Assembly: GCF_902713615.1 (NCBI RefSeq)
Contig: NW_024055498.1
Span: 4,706,554 to 4,770,553 of the forward strand
Direction: 5' to 3'
DNA: 64,000 nucleotides
Source: Scyliorhinus canicula
Lineage: Eukaryota
The position numbers were made by a program, and so were the translations under genes. Of this stretch, positions 1 through 10,270 are shown in pieces. The notes below the pieces were generated by a model. It did not search any database, was not told where the DNA came from, and saw nothing but the letters and a program-made list of their open reading frames with translations. Each line of letters starts with the position of its first letter. The stretch's first letter is position 1.

Positions 1-185
1 TAAGAAAATGCAGGAGAATTGTTTATCAATGCTGATAACGCTAGTAAAAGATCTATACCCTAATCATGTGCTTGAGTTCTGCTTAAAATCTTAATTGAGA
101 AACATTCAATTAATATTACTCTTTCAGAATATTTTTAAAGATTTGACGTGTCTTGATATTAGATAGAGCTGTAACCTGAATATTA

Positions 186-405
186 TTTGCATGTTTTCCC
201 GGTTTCTGCGTGGCTCTCCTCCGGGTGCTCCTGTTTTTTGCACAGTCCAGAAATGTGCAGATTAGCTGGATTAGCCATGATCAATGCGCGAGGTTATGGT
301 GATAAGGTGGGCGAGTGGACCGAGGTCTCGAGTTCTTTCGCAGGGTGGGTACGAACTCGATGGACTGAATGGTCTCCTTCTGCGATATCGGGATTATATG
401 GATAT
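186..405 (+). mobile_element. tRNA-derived shark SINE (HE1-like), 5'-truncated
   Basis: Contains 'tctcctccgggtgctcc...cacagtccagaaatgtgcagattagctggatt', matching other SINE copies in the window (e.g. 43625-43985). Confidence 0.7.
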
Positions 406-1532
406 TGACAGCATATTTGTGCTTGATCTGACATTGCTGACGATGACTTTAATGATCAGCATCATCGGCCTCTCTAGGAATACTACCGGCTGAAGAGACT
501 TTTGTTTACATTAACAGTGCTATACAGTACACGTTTTTCGCGAGGTAGCTAAGTATAAACAATTTCATGCTATTTGTTGTTCGGCCTGTCAGGTTAGCGA
601 AAATACATTCAAGAATAGCATTCAAAATCTGAAGAAAATTAGATAAACATTTAACGTGCAAACCTTGTGTATGAAGTAAAACACTGTGTGTGTGTATTCG
701 TTATTCCCGGTGCACCAGATGAGATTTATTTCTTTGACTGGACATTCTGGCTCAGGGGCAACCAGTACGGAACTGCTCTGAGGTCGATTAAACCGACGAC
801 CCCCTTTTTGTGGTGTATGACCAGTTCATGTCTGCGTGGCTTACAGTTAACAAACTGGTGTGAGTTAACCCGAAATCCTCAAGTTCGTTTTTAAAATTAT
901 CTTCTCTCCTTTCCATACCTCTTTAGATTGTTGAGCAGGCCTATTTCTATCTTTCCCGGATATTGGCAATGTCAGGGGCGTGTCTACTGCTATAACTCGA
1001 TCCTCAGGCGCTGGACTCAGGGAATTGTCAGGTCTAAGGCCTTTGGATCAAAGGTTTTGAATTGAAATCTCACCAGCCCATTTAGAATGATGTTTAATCA
1101 TTTGCGGCAAAGTCAGCTCTGAAAGGAGCCAGACCGACACGAAACGTTAACTCTATTTATTTGTTCGCAGATTCCACCGGGCCAGCTGAGATTATCCAGC
1201 ATTTTTTGTTGTAAATACAATTGTAAAGTGAGATTCTACCATATCCCACCCTCAAAACATGCCGCTTACTAAACACATAAAAGCGGACCGACAGATTATT
1301 ACTGTGGGGGCAATGAGGGAGGCAGGCTTTATCAACAGAAACAACTGAAAATCCCTCACCAACCCGGTGGGCCACTGAACAACACACAAATGAGCTAGCT
1401 TCACGTCAGGCTTACAGACTCGACGGATGACATGAGACCGCAGGTTCCTTTATAAGCCTGTCACTTATTCACAGAACGCACACTCAGAGAGACACAGGGC
1501 ACCTTGTGACCCATCGGGAATACGCGGCACAC

Positions 1533-1561
1533 CGTCATTTGCAAATCAGCACTGCCCCCTA
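1533..1561 (+). promoter_or_regulatory. Putative NAR-TCR V promoter elements: CRE half-site, octamer-like motif, and CTCF-like half motif on -
   Basis: CGTCA (1533-1537) overlaps ATTTGCAAAT (1537-1546; 7/8 match to ATTTGCAT). CACTGCCCCCTA lies at 1550-1561. All are ~100-130 nt upstream of the leader ATG. Confidence 0.45.
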
Positions 1562-1663
1562 AAGTATTTCAGTCCCGCTCTGAGGCCCACTCTCCCAGAG
1601 CAGTCCGAGTCTGCAATGTCCATCTCCCCGTCATATAGAGCATCAGCTCCAAGCAGCAGAACG

Positions 1664-1706
1664 ATGGAAATCCTCTTTGTTTTCATCCTTTGTGCCGTCT
1701 TACCCC
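1664..1706 (+). CDS. Leader exon of NAR-TCR V (MEILFVFILCAVLP-)
   Basis: ATG at 1664, hydrophobic signal peptide, phase-1 donor c|gtgagt at 1706/1707. The 138-bp intron ends tttccag at 1844. Confidence 0.9.
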
Positions 1707-1844
1707 GTGAGTACGATAAGACTATCCCATGTTCTGTGGATAAAGCTTCCCGAGTCCATCCCAATTACAGACACTGTCTCGGGTTTCAGCCCCGTTGTGG
1801 TTGGGCGCTGATGGTCCATTAAACTGTCTCTGTTTAATTTCCAG

Positions 1845-2149
1845 GATGTTTGAGTCAGTCAGTGACACAGAGCCCGTCAGCGGTTAACAGGGAGGACTGC
1901 CAGTCTCTTACCATAAACTGTGTTTTCAGTGCTGGTTACCGGGGTTATTTCAAATCTGGGAATTTCTTTCGACAATCTCGGACCGGGAGAAGTTGGTCGC
2001 CGATCTGGAGTGGAGGGAGATTTGTTGTCAGGACTCAAAAAGCAAGGCAGTCATTTTCGCTGGAAATTCTGGATATGAGAGTTGAAGACAGCGCCACCTA
2101 CTACTGTAAAGCTCATCACAGGTACTACACACATTCTGGATGGAACTGT
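1845..2149 (+). CDS. NAR-TCR V exon (IgNAR-like V domain) with germline CDR3 extension
   Basis: Spliced product: CLSQSVTQSPSAVNREDCQSLTINC...GGRFVVRTQKARQSFSLEILDMRVEDSATYYCKAHHRYYTHSGWNC. It has a VNAR-like short fold lacking CDR2, canonical Cys at 1919-1921 and 2105-2107, and an extra FR1 Cys at 1898-1900 typical of NAR-TCR V. Confidence 0.85.
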
Positions 2150-2177
2150 CACTGTGGAAGGGCCCTGAGCAATTACC
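2150..2177 (+). other. 12-bp-spacer RSS 3' of V(D)
   Basis: CACTGTG (2150-2156) + 12 nt (gaagggccctga) + GCAATTACC (2169-2177; 6/9 match to ACAAAAACC). Confidence 0.65.
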
Positions 2178-2523
2178 TCCACAATTGAAATATATTTTAA
2201 AGAGCACGGATAGTGAATGATCCGGTTGGTATTATTATTATCGTATTCCAGTGTGATTTTACTGTATTTTCGCCATTCAGTTGTCTTTCTGGAGGGCAAC
2301 AATCATTTTTTATGTCAGTTCGGATTGTCCTCCGTTGATATGAAGATCACATCTCTGGGCAATGTTCTTGGGGCGATGTTATAAGGCCCAAGGCCTCACA
2401 AAGAATCTTTTGAACCGACGGGTAGCTTGAAACATTGATTATTGTTGATTTATCGAAAACTCCTGAATAATTTTGCAATTCAAACTGTCCAGTGATGATT
2501 TTCCGACAGGTTGACGCAAAGGC

Positions 2524-2562
2524 GGTTCTTGTACTGCTGAGACTGAGAGCCGCGTCACTGTG
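2524..2562 (-). other. 23-bp-spacer RSS of J segment
   Basis: GGTTCTTGT (2524-2532) + 23 nt + CACTGTG (2556-2562). Confidence 0.9.
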
Positions 2563-2621
2563 ATTCATTTCGAAAGATGGTGATGCAGTTGGATCCGGGA
2601 CGGTTGTGACGGTCACTGCCG
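2563..2621 (+). CDS. NAR-TCR J segment (FISKDGDAVGSGTVVTVTA)
   Basis: Follows a 23-RSS, has a G-S-G-T-V-V-T-V motif like IgNAR J, and ends in a phase-1 donor g|gtaagt at 2621/2622. Confidence 0.88.
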
Positions 2622-2659
2622 GTAAGTGACTCCAAACCGCACCATATTTCAGACTATAC

Positions 2660-3080
2660 AGGTTGGATGTGGAGAACTAGTGGTAATGTAATTGGACCAG
2701 TAATCCAGAAACCATGCTAATATTCCGGTAACATGGGTTCAGATTTCAGCACAACAACGTATGGAATTTAAATTCAATAAATAAAACGAATGGAAGTAAA
2801 AGCTAGTCTTGGTATGGTAATCGTGCAACCATTGTCGATTATTGCAAGCCATCTGTTTCAGTATGGAACCATTATGGTTCTTTATGGAAGGAAATATGCC
2901 TATTCTTGACTGATCTACTCAACATTAGACGGCAGACACAAAGCAATGTCGTTTACTCTTTAATGCCCAATACAATGATGACCTTGCAAGCCATTTAGTT
3001 GTATCAAACAATTGCAAAGTCTAAAGAGAGAAATTTGAACGGACCACTCGATACACCATCTAGCACCCACCTAGGCATCG
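2660..3080 (+). mobile_element. Shark SINE (DeuSINE/SacSINE1-like), decayed
   Basis: 'ggaccagtaatccaga...gaatttaaattcaataa...gaaggaaatatgcc' motifs. Related copies at ~21470-21840, ~28800-29140 and ~63490-63820. Family name is from recollection. Confidence 0.55.
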
Positions 3081-3676
3081 GGAATACTACGGCACTCCCA
3101 GCTGCATGGGCTTGTCATTGTGGTAACTCTGCTATAAATGCAAGTTGTCTCTTTGGTAACTAAGAGGAAGGTTTATGCATGAGCTTTGCAATATACACAC
3201 CTCACTCGCCACCTCCGCTGATGAACCAGTACTCTTCAGTATTGAACACAATTGAAAGAAGCATTGATTGTGGCAGTGACCGAAATGAATTCCTGTCTAG
3301 AGTGCTATGTAAAAGATTTGGGCTCCTACTTGAGAAAGGATCGACATGCTTTGAAGGAAGTGAGGCAAAAATTATCCATCGATTTACAGAGATAAAGGGA
3401 GTATCCTCCGAAAGAGAGTATGAAGCGAAAATAGACGTTTCGAGGAATGAGAGTTTCTCTCTTTAGAAAATATAACATTTTTATGCGGCTTGACGGGACA
3501 GATTCTGGGTTGTTTCTTCCTCAGGCTGCAAAGTATAACTCGGGGTCAGTTTGAGAATACAGGTTCAAATATTAAAACTGAAAAGAGGAGAAATGTCTTC
3601 AGTCAAATTCATTGTTGTGAATTTCTGAATTCCATATCTCAGAGAGCGGTGAATACTCCATGGTTGAATATATTCA

Positions 3677-4410
3677 ATAAGAAGTCTTACAACACCAGGT
3701 TAAAGTCCAACAGGTTTGTTTCAAACACTAGCTTTCAGAGCACTACTCCTTCCTCAGGTGAATGAAAAGGTATGTTCCAGAAACATATATATAGACAAAT
3801 TCAAAGATGCCAGACAATACTTAGAATGCGAGCATTTGCAGGTCATTAACTCTTAACAGATCCGGAGATAGGGGTAACCCCAGGTGAAAGGAGTGTGAAT
3901 TGTCTCAAGCCAGGGCAGTTGGTAGGATTTCGCAAGCCCAGGCCAGATGGTGGGGTATGAATGTAATGCGACATGAATCCCAGGTCCCGGTTGAGGCCGC
4001 ACTCATGTGTGCAGAACGTGGCTATACGTTTCTGCTCAGTGATTCTGCGTTGTCGCCCATCCTGAAGGACGCCTTGGAGAACTCTTACCCGGAGATCGGA
4101 GGCTGAATGCCCTTGACTGCTGAAGTGTTCCCCGACTGGAAGGGAACATCCCTGCCTGGTGATTGTCGCGTGATGTCCATTCATTCGTTGTCGCAGCGTC
4201 TGCATGGTCTCGCCAATGTACCACACTTCGGGACATCCTTTCCTGCAGCGTATGACGTTGACAACATTGGCCAAGGCGCACGAGTATGTACCACGTACCT
4301 GATGGGTGGGGTTCTCACATGTAATGGTGGTATCCATTTCGATGATCTGGCACGTCCTGCAGAGATTGCCATGGCAGGATTGTGTGGTGCCATGGTCTCT
4401 GTTCTGAAGG
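3677..4410 (-). mobile_element. Penelope-like element, 3' part (GIY-YIG endonuclease + terminal repeat)
   Basis: ORF 3846-4475(-) contains CRKGCPEVWYIGETMQTLRQRMNGH...LNRD (GIY-YIG). The terminal repeat is shared with the copies at 22659 and 39984. Confidence 0.9.
3726..3760 (-). ncRNA. Minimal type-I hammerhead ribozyme motif (Penelope-associated)
   Basis: Minus strand reads CAC-CTGAGGA-A-GGAGTAGTGCTCT-GAA-AGCT-A-GTG: conserved core, stem II with wobbles, palindromic stem III, CAC/GTG stem I. Confidence 0.65.
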
Positions 4411-6959
4411 AACATAAGAACATAAGAACTAGGAACAGGAGTAGGCCATCTGGTCCCTCGAGCCTGCTCCGCCATTCAATGAGATCATGGCTGATCTTTT
4501 GTGGACTCAGCTCCTCTTTCCTGCCCGAACACCAGAACCCTTAATTCCTTTATTCTTCAAAAAACTGTCTATCTTTACCTTAAAAACATTTAATGAAGGA
4601 GCCTCAACTGCTTCACTGGGCAAGGAATTCCATAGATTCACAACCCTTTGGGTGAAGAAGTTCCTCCTAAACTCTGTCCTAAATATACTTCCCCTTATTT
4701 TGAGGCTATGTCCCCTAGGTCTGCTTTCACCCGCCAGTGGAAACAACCTGCCCGCATCTATCCTATCTATTCCCTTCATAATTTTAAATGTTTCTATAAG
4801 ATCCCCCCTCATCCTTCTAAATTCCAACGAGTACAGTCCCAGACTACTGAACCTCTCCTCATAATCCAACCCCTTCAGCTCTGGGATTAACCTAATGAAT
4901 CTCCTCTGCACACCCTACAGTGCCAGTGTGTCCTTTCTCAAGTAAGGAGACCAAAACTGAACACAATACTCCAGGTGTGGCCTCACTAACACCTTATACA
5001 ATTGCAACATAACCTCCCTAGTCTTAAACTCCATCCCTCTAGCAATGAAGGACAAAATTCCATTTGCCTTCTTAATAACCTGTTGCACCTGTAAACCAAC
5101 TTTCTGTGACTCATGCACTAGCACACCCAGGTCTCTCTGCACAGTGGCATGCTTTAATATTTTATCGTTTAAATAATAATCCCGTTTGCTGTCATTCCTA
5201 CCAAAATGGATAACCTCCATCTGCCAGACCCTAGCCCATTCACTTAACCTATCCAAATCCCTCCGCAGACTTCCAGTATCCTCTGCACTTTTCGCTTTAC
5301 AACTCATCTTAGTTTCATCTGCAAACCTGGACACATTGCCCTTGGTCCCCAACTCCAAATCATCTTTGTAAATTGTGAACAATTGTGGGCCGAACACCGA
5401 TCCCTGAGGGACACCACTAGCTACTGATTGCCAACCAAAGAAACACCCATTAATCCCCACTCTTTGCTTTCTATTAATTAACCAATCCTCTATCCATGCT
5501 ACTACTTTACCCTTAATGCCATGCATCTTTATCTTATGCAGCAACCTTTTTTGTGGCACCTTGTCAAAGGCTTTCTGGAAATCCAGATATACCACATCCA
5601 TTGGCTCCCCATTATCTACTGCACTGGTAATGTCCTCACAAAATTCCACTAAATTAGTTAGACATGACCTGCCCTTTATGAACCCATGCTGCGTCTGCCC
5701 AATGGGACAATTTCTATCCAGATGCCTCGCTATTTCTTCCTTGATGATAGATTCCAGCATCTTCTCTACTATCGAAGTTAAGCTCACTGGCCTATAATTT
5801 CCTGCTTTCTGCCTACCTCATTTTTTAAACAGTGGTGTCACGTTTTTAATTTCCAATCCACCGGGACCACCCCAGAGACTAGTGAATTTTGGTAAATTAT
5901 CACTAGTACATCTGCAATTTCCCTAGCCATCTCTTTTAGCACTCTGGGATGCATTCTATCAGGGCCAGGAGACCTGTCTACCTTTAGCCCCATTAGCTAG
6001 CCCATCACTACCTCCTCAGTGATAACAATCCTCTCAAGGTCCTCACCTGGCATAGCCCCATTTCTATCAGTCGCTGGCATGTTATTTGTGTCTTCCACTG
6101 TGAAGACCGACCCAAAAAACCTATTCAGTTCCTCAGCCATTTCCTAATTTCCCATTATTAAAACTCCCTTCTCATCCTCTAAAGGACCAATATTTACCTT
6201 AGCCACTCTTTTTTGTTTTATATATTTGTAAAACCTTTTACTGTCTGTTTTTATATTCTGAGCAAGTTTACTCTCATACTCTATCTTACTCTTCTTTATA
6301 GCTTTTTTAGTAGCTTTATGTTGCCCCCTAAAGATTTCCCAGTCCTCTAGTCTCCCAGCAATCTTTGCCACTTTATATGCTTTTTCCTTCAATTTGATAC
6401 TCTCCCTTATTTCCTTAGATATCCACGGTCGATTTTCCCTCTTTCTACCGGCCTTCCTTTTTGTTGGTATAAACCTTTGCTGAGCACTGTGAAAAATCGC
6501 TTGGAAGGTTCTTCACTGTTCCTCAACTGTTCCACCATAAAGTCTTTGCTCCCAGTCTACCTTAGCTAGTTCTTCTCTCATCCCATTGTAATCTCCTTTG
6601 TTTAAACACAAAACTCTAGTATTTGATTTTACTTTCTCACCCTCCATCTGTATTTTATATTCCACCATATTGTAATCGCTCCTTCCGAGAGGATCCCTAA
6701 CTATGAGATCATGAATCAATCCTGGTCCATTACATAGGACAAGATCTAGGACCGCTTGTTCCCTCGTAGGTTCCATTACATACTGTTCTCGGAAACTATC
6801 GCGGATACATTCTATAAACTCCTCCTCAAGGTTGTCTTGACAGACCTGGTTAAACCAATCGACATGTAGATTAAAATCCCCCATGATAACTGCTGTACCA
6901 TTTCTACATGCATCAGTTGTTTCTTTGTTTATTGCCTGCCCCACCATAATGTTACTATT
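4411..6959 (-). mobile_element. CR1 LINE, 5'-truncated, nested in the Penelope element
   Basis: Endonuclease and RT fragments ([39 protein letters not shown]). 3' tail (GTTCTTAT)n at 4411-4429. Apparent TSD TGAAGG at 4405-4410 and 6960-6965. Confidence 0.92.
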
Positions 6960-7125
6960 TGAAGGTTGGGTAGTTTGCTGCAAACAATGGTTTGTTTGAG
7001 GTTGCGCGGTTGTTTGAAGGCAAGTAATGGGGATGACCTTGGCAAGATGTTCATCTTTATCGAAGATGTGTTGAAGGCTACGACATCTTCTTCGCAGCCT
7101 TCAGCACATAATCGATGAAGAAGGC
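6960..7125 (-). mobile_element. Continuation of the interrupted Penelope element
   Basis: 'gggtagtttgctgcaaacaatggtttgtttgaggttgcgcgg...' continues the sequence broken at 4410 (compare 40716-40850). Confidence 0.85.
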
Positions 7126-8282
7126 ATCTTGACAAACACATGGATAGGATGGGTATAGAGGGATATGGCACAAGGAAGTGCTGAGGGTTCTGGCAAAGGT
7201 TGGTACCATGACAGGTACAGGCTTGGAGGGCCGAAGTGCCTGCTTCTGTTCCGTATTGTTCATTATTCTTTGTTCTCTGCCAGTAGAATACTCACAACAT
7301 AAACCAGTTGGAGTGAATGGCCTCTTTCTACTCTGCTGATTTCGCATAATGTAAAAGTTAGGAAAAAAGTGCCCAGGAGAGAATCAGTTCATGGCGGAAA
7401 GAATTGTAATTGTCAGAGTTCCAGAAGTGGCAGCTGCCAGTGAGTAACGGTAAAAACAACTGCGGAAATTGAACAGACTGAACCCACCCGACAACTGAGA
7501 GACTTTGGGACAAGTTTGCACGATTACAAAAAAGACAAGTACAAAGTAAATGTAGAAATAAAATTAAACTAACTGGAAATATTTCAGGTTGAAGTGAAAC
7601 ATAGAAAAATCATACTAATAGAAGAAAACAGACAGACCGACAAATAGATGGAAAAGCAGATCGAAACTGCTGAGAGATGTTGAACTGCAATAAATTTTAA
7701 GTCATCAATGTTTAAATCAGGTTTGGCCCAATAGGTGCTGATGAATCGCAATAATTTTCTGCTGGATATTTCTGTACGAATTGATGCAATTCTTCCGATC
7801 AGGCAACCGTTTTTGAAAACAGATTGCCTGTGAAAATAAAATTTTCCCTCGGTTTGTCTCTCTCCAAGGAAACTAAGAACAGAAATGTAATATACATCAT
7901 AGAATCGAGTGCGGCAGTGTTACATTCGGCCCTTTGCGTAGATGCTTATCCTCTTTCAATGCAATCAAATTGCTCCAACTAATCCAAATTTTCAACGTTG
8001 CGCTGCACTTTTTACAGGTCCAGCACAGGTCGATTTTCAGTTTGAACGTTACTACTAAATGTGGTCCCAACACACTTCTGACATTGCATTTCAGATCGGA
8101 AGAAATCGTGTGTAAAATAAAATATCACTTATTAACCATTTTACATATTTTGTATTTCAAAGAAGTGTAAGCTGTTCGAACCGGCTGCAAAGTCAGACAA
8201 AGACACCAGTGACGATCCATTTCATAAACATCCGGGAAACAGCTGAAATACGAACAACTAATGTTCAGTTTTTATCCTGCAG

Positions 8283-8588
8283 ATTCCAATTCCCTGGTGT
8301 CCAAGACCCCGCCTCTCCAAACCTCTGCTGCCGGTGACACAGTTACATTAAACTGGGAATATTCAGGGTTCTGTCAGTACACAGTACACTGGTACCATCA
8401 GTCCCCAGGACAGGCTCCGGAATTCCTGCTTCAGAGACACACTTCAGGAGGCGAGAATAAAGAAGCCGCTGCCGGAGGAAGAATTTCTGCTTCTATCGAC
8501 ACTGCCAAGAAAATCAGCCGGTTAAAGATCTCTGAACTGCAACTGAGCGACTCCGCTGTGTACTACGCTGCACTGAGCCGGCACACAG
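8283..8588 (+). CDS. Leaderless 'supporting' TCRdelta V exon of NAR-TCR; both canonical Cys lost (possibly a pseudogene)
   Basis: Phase-1 acceptor tttatcctgcag|at matches the J donor phase. Translation: DSNSLVSKTPPLQTSAAGDTVTLNWEYSGFCQYTVHWYHQSPGQAPEFLL...LQLSDSAVYYAALSR. CDR1 Cys at 8372-8374. No adjacent leader exon seen. Confidence 0.8.
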
Positions 8589-9290
8589 CACAGTGATACA
8601 GAGCACGGAGAGAGCTGTACAGAAACCTGAACATGGTGAGGATTACACACACAGTGATACAGAGCACGGAGAGAGCTGTACAGAAACCTGAACATGGTGA
8701 GGATCACACACACAGTGATACAGAGCACGGAGAGAGCTGTACAGAAACTTGAACATGGTGAGGATTACACACACAGTGATACAGAGCACGGAGAGAGCTG
8801 TACAGAAACCTGGACATGGTGAGGATTACACACAGCACAGTGATACAGAGCACGGAGAGAGATGTACAGAAACCTGAACATGGTGAGGATTACACACACA
8901 GTGATACAGATCACGGAGACTGCTGTACAGAAACCTGAACATGGTGAGGATTACACACACAGTGATACAGAGCACGGAGAGAGCTGTACAGAAACCTGAC
9001 CATGGTGAGGATCACACACAGTGATACAGAGCACGGAGAGAGCTGTACAGAAACCTGACCATGGTGAGGATCACACACAGTGATACAGAGCACGGAGACA
9101 GCTGTACAGAAACCTGAACATGGTGAGGATTACACACACACACAGTGACACAGAGCACGGAGAGAGCTGTACAGAAACCTGACCATGGTGAGGATCACAC
9201 ACAGTGATACAGAGCACGGAGAGAGCTGTACAGAAACCTGGACATGGTGAGGATCACACACACAGTGATACAGAGCACGGAGAGAGCTGC
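8583..9290 (+). repeat. Tandem array of 23-RSS units (~59-65 bp): 11 complete + 1 partial
   Basis: Heptamers CACAGTG start at 8589, 8650, 8711, 8772, 8836, 8897, 8958, 9017, 9076, 9141, 9200 and 9261. The first 11 are each followed by a 23-nt spacer and ACAGAAACC/T. Confidence 0.95.
8589..8627 (+). other. 23-RSS of supporting TCRdelta V
   Basis: CACAGTG + atacagagcacggagagagctgt (23 nt) + ACAGAAACC. Confidence 0.95.
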
Positions 9291-10089
9291 GCACCACTTC
9301 AGGTTTTTAGAAAGGTCTCTCCGTGTTTTCCTGGCAGAGCTTTCTGAGTTGTCCATCGTATGCTACACCCTGCTGCTGTAAGGCAGTAGTGCTAACGCTG
9401 TATTATTCGTCAAGTTACTGTGTATTCGTTCAGAATTGTGATTTAAAAAAATATTACTTATTCCTTATCTACAGTCATACTTCTTAATTTAATTTCCTAA
9501 TTTATGTTAGAAAATCGGTCCTTCTTACCTGCACTATTGGCATGAATTAAATCTTGGACCATTGTCTCGGACTTAAGCACACATCTTTCAAACTTAAGGC
9601 GTAATTATATTGTATTATGGTCTGGGGAAATTTGTGTTCATGTGAGCCTAATTGTGACACTGATAAAGGTTATTATTATGTCTGTATTATATAACTATTT
9701 CATTCATTGGATGTGGGCCAACATTTATTGTCCGTCACAATGAGTATCTTGCCTTTGAGAGTCAACTGGATCAGTCGTCACGTGTCGACCAGGGCAGTCG
9801 AGGGCGGCGGATTTCCTTCCCTGAGGAAATCAGTGAACTACATTAATCTTCGATATTTAGTTCCATATATTTACCGAATCGAAATGTCACCATCTTCCGC
9901 ATTACCTTGGGTGCCTCGATTACTAGTCCAGTAACAATGCAACAAACTACCGTCGCCCCTAATGTATCTGCATTTATAAGCACTCATCTCTCCCAATGTC
10001 CGCCCTTGGTGTGTCTCACTCAGCTGGACCCTCCGTGTACTATTCTGCTCAGCCTCAGCCTCATCTTTGTTAATGCCTTGAAAAAATTA

Positions 10090-10270
10090 ATTTAGAGTAC
10101 CCAATTCTTTTTTCCAATTAAGGGGCAATTTATCGTGGCCAATTCACCTACCCTGCACATCTTTGGGTTGTGGGGGTGAGACCAACGCCGACACGGGGAG
10201 AACTCACACGAACAGAGACCCAGGACCGGGATCGAATCCGGGTCCTCTATCTAAACCATGAGACAGCGGT
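10090..10270 (-). mobile_element. tRNA-derived SINE
   Basis: 'ttttccaattaaggggcaattt...ccctgcacatctttgggttgtggggg' is the reverse complement of the SINE at 18880-19080. Confidence 0.8.

Noticed and set aside
2117-2155. CACAGGT as the functional V heptamer
   Set aside because: No nonamer-like sequence at 12-nt (CTGGATGGA) or 23-nt (TGTCACTGT) spacing. Kept only as a possible relic.
2228-2255. GGTATTATT-12-CAGTGTG as the 5' RSS of a D segment
   Set aside because: Weak match within an (ATT)n run, no 3' RSS follows, and a 12-RSS could not pair with the upstream 12-RSS.
8583-9290. CRISPR-like appearance of the array
   Set aside because: Eukaryotic DNA, linkers are near-identical rather than unique spacers, and the unit is an RSS.
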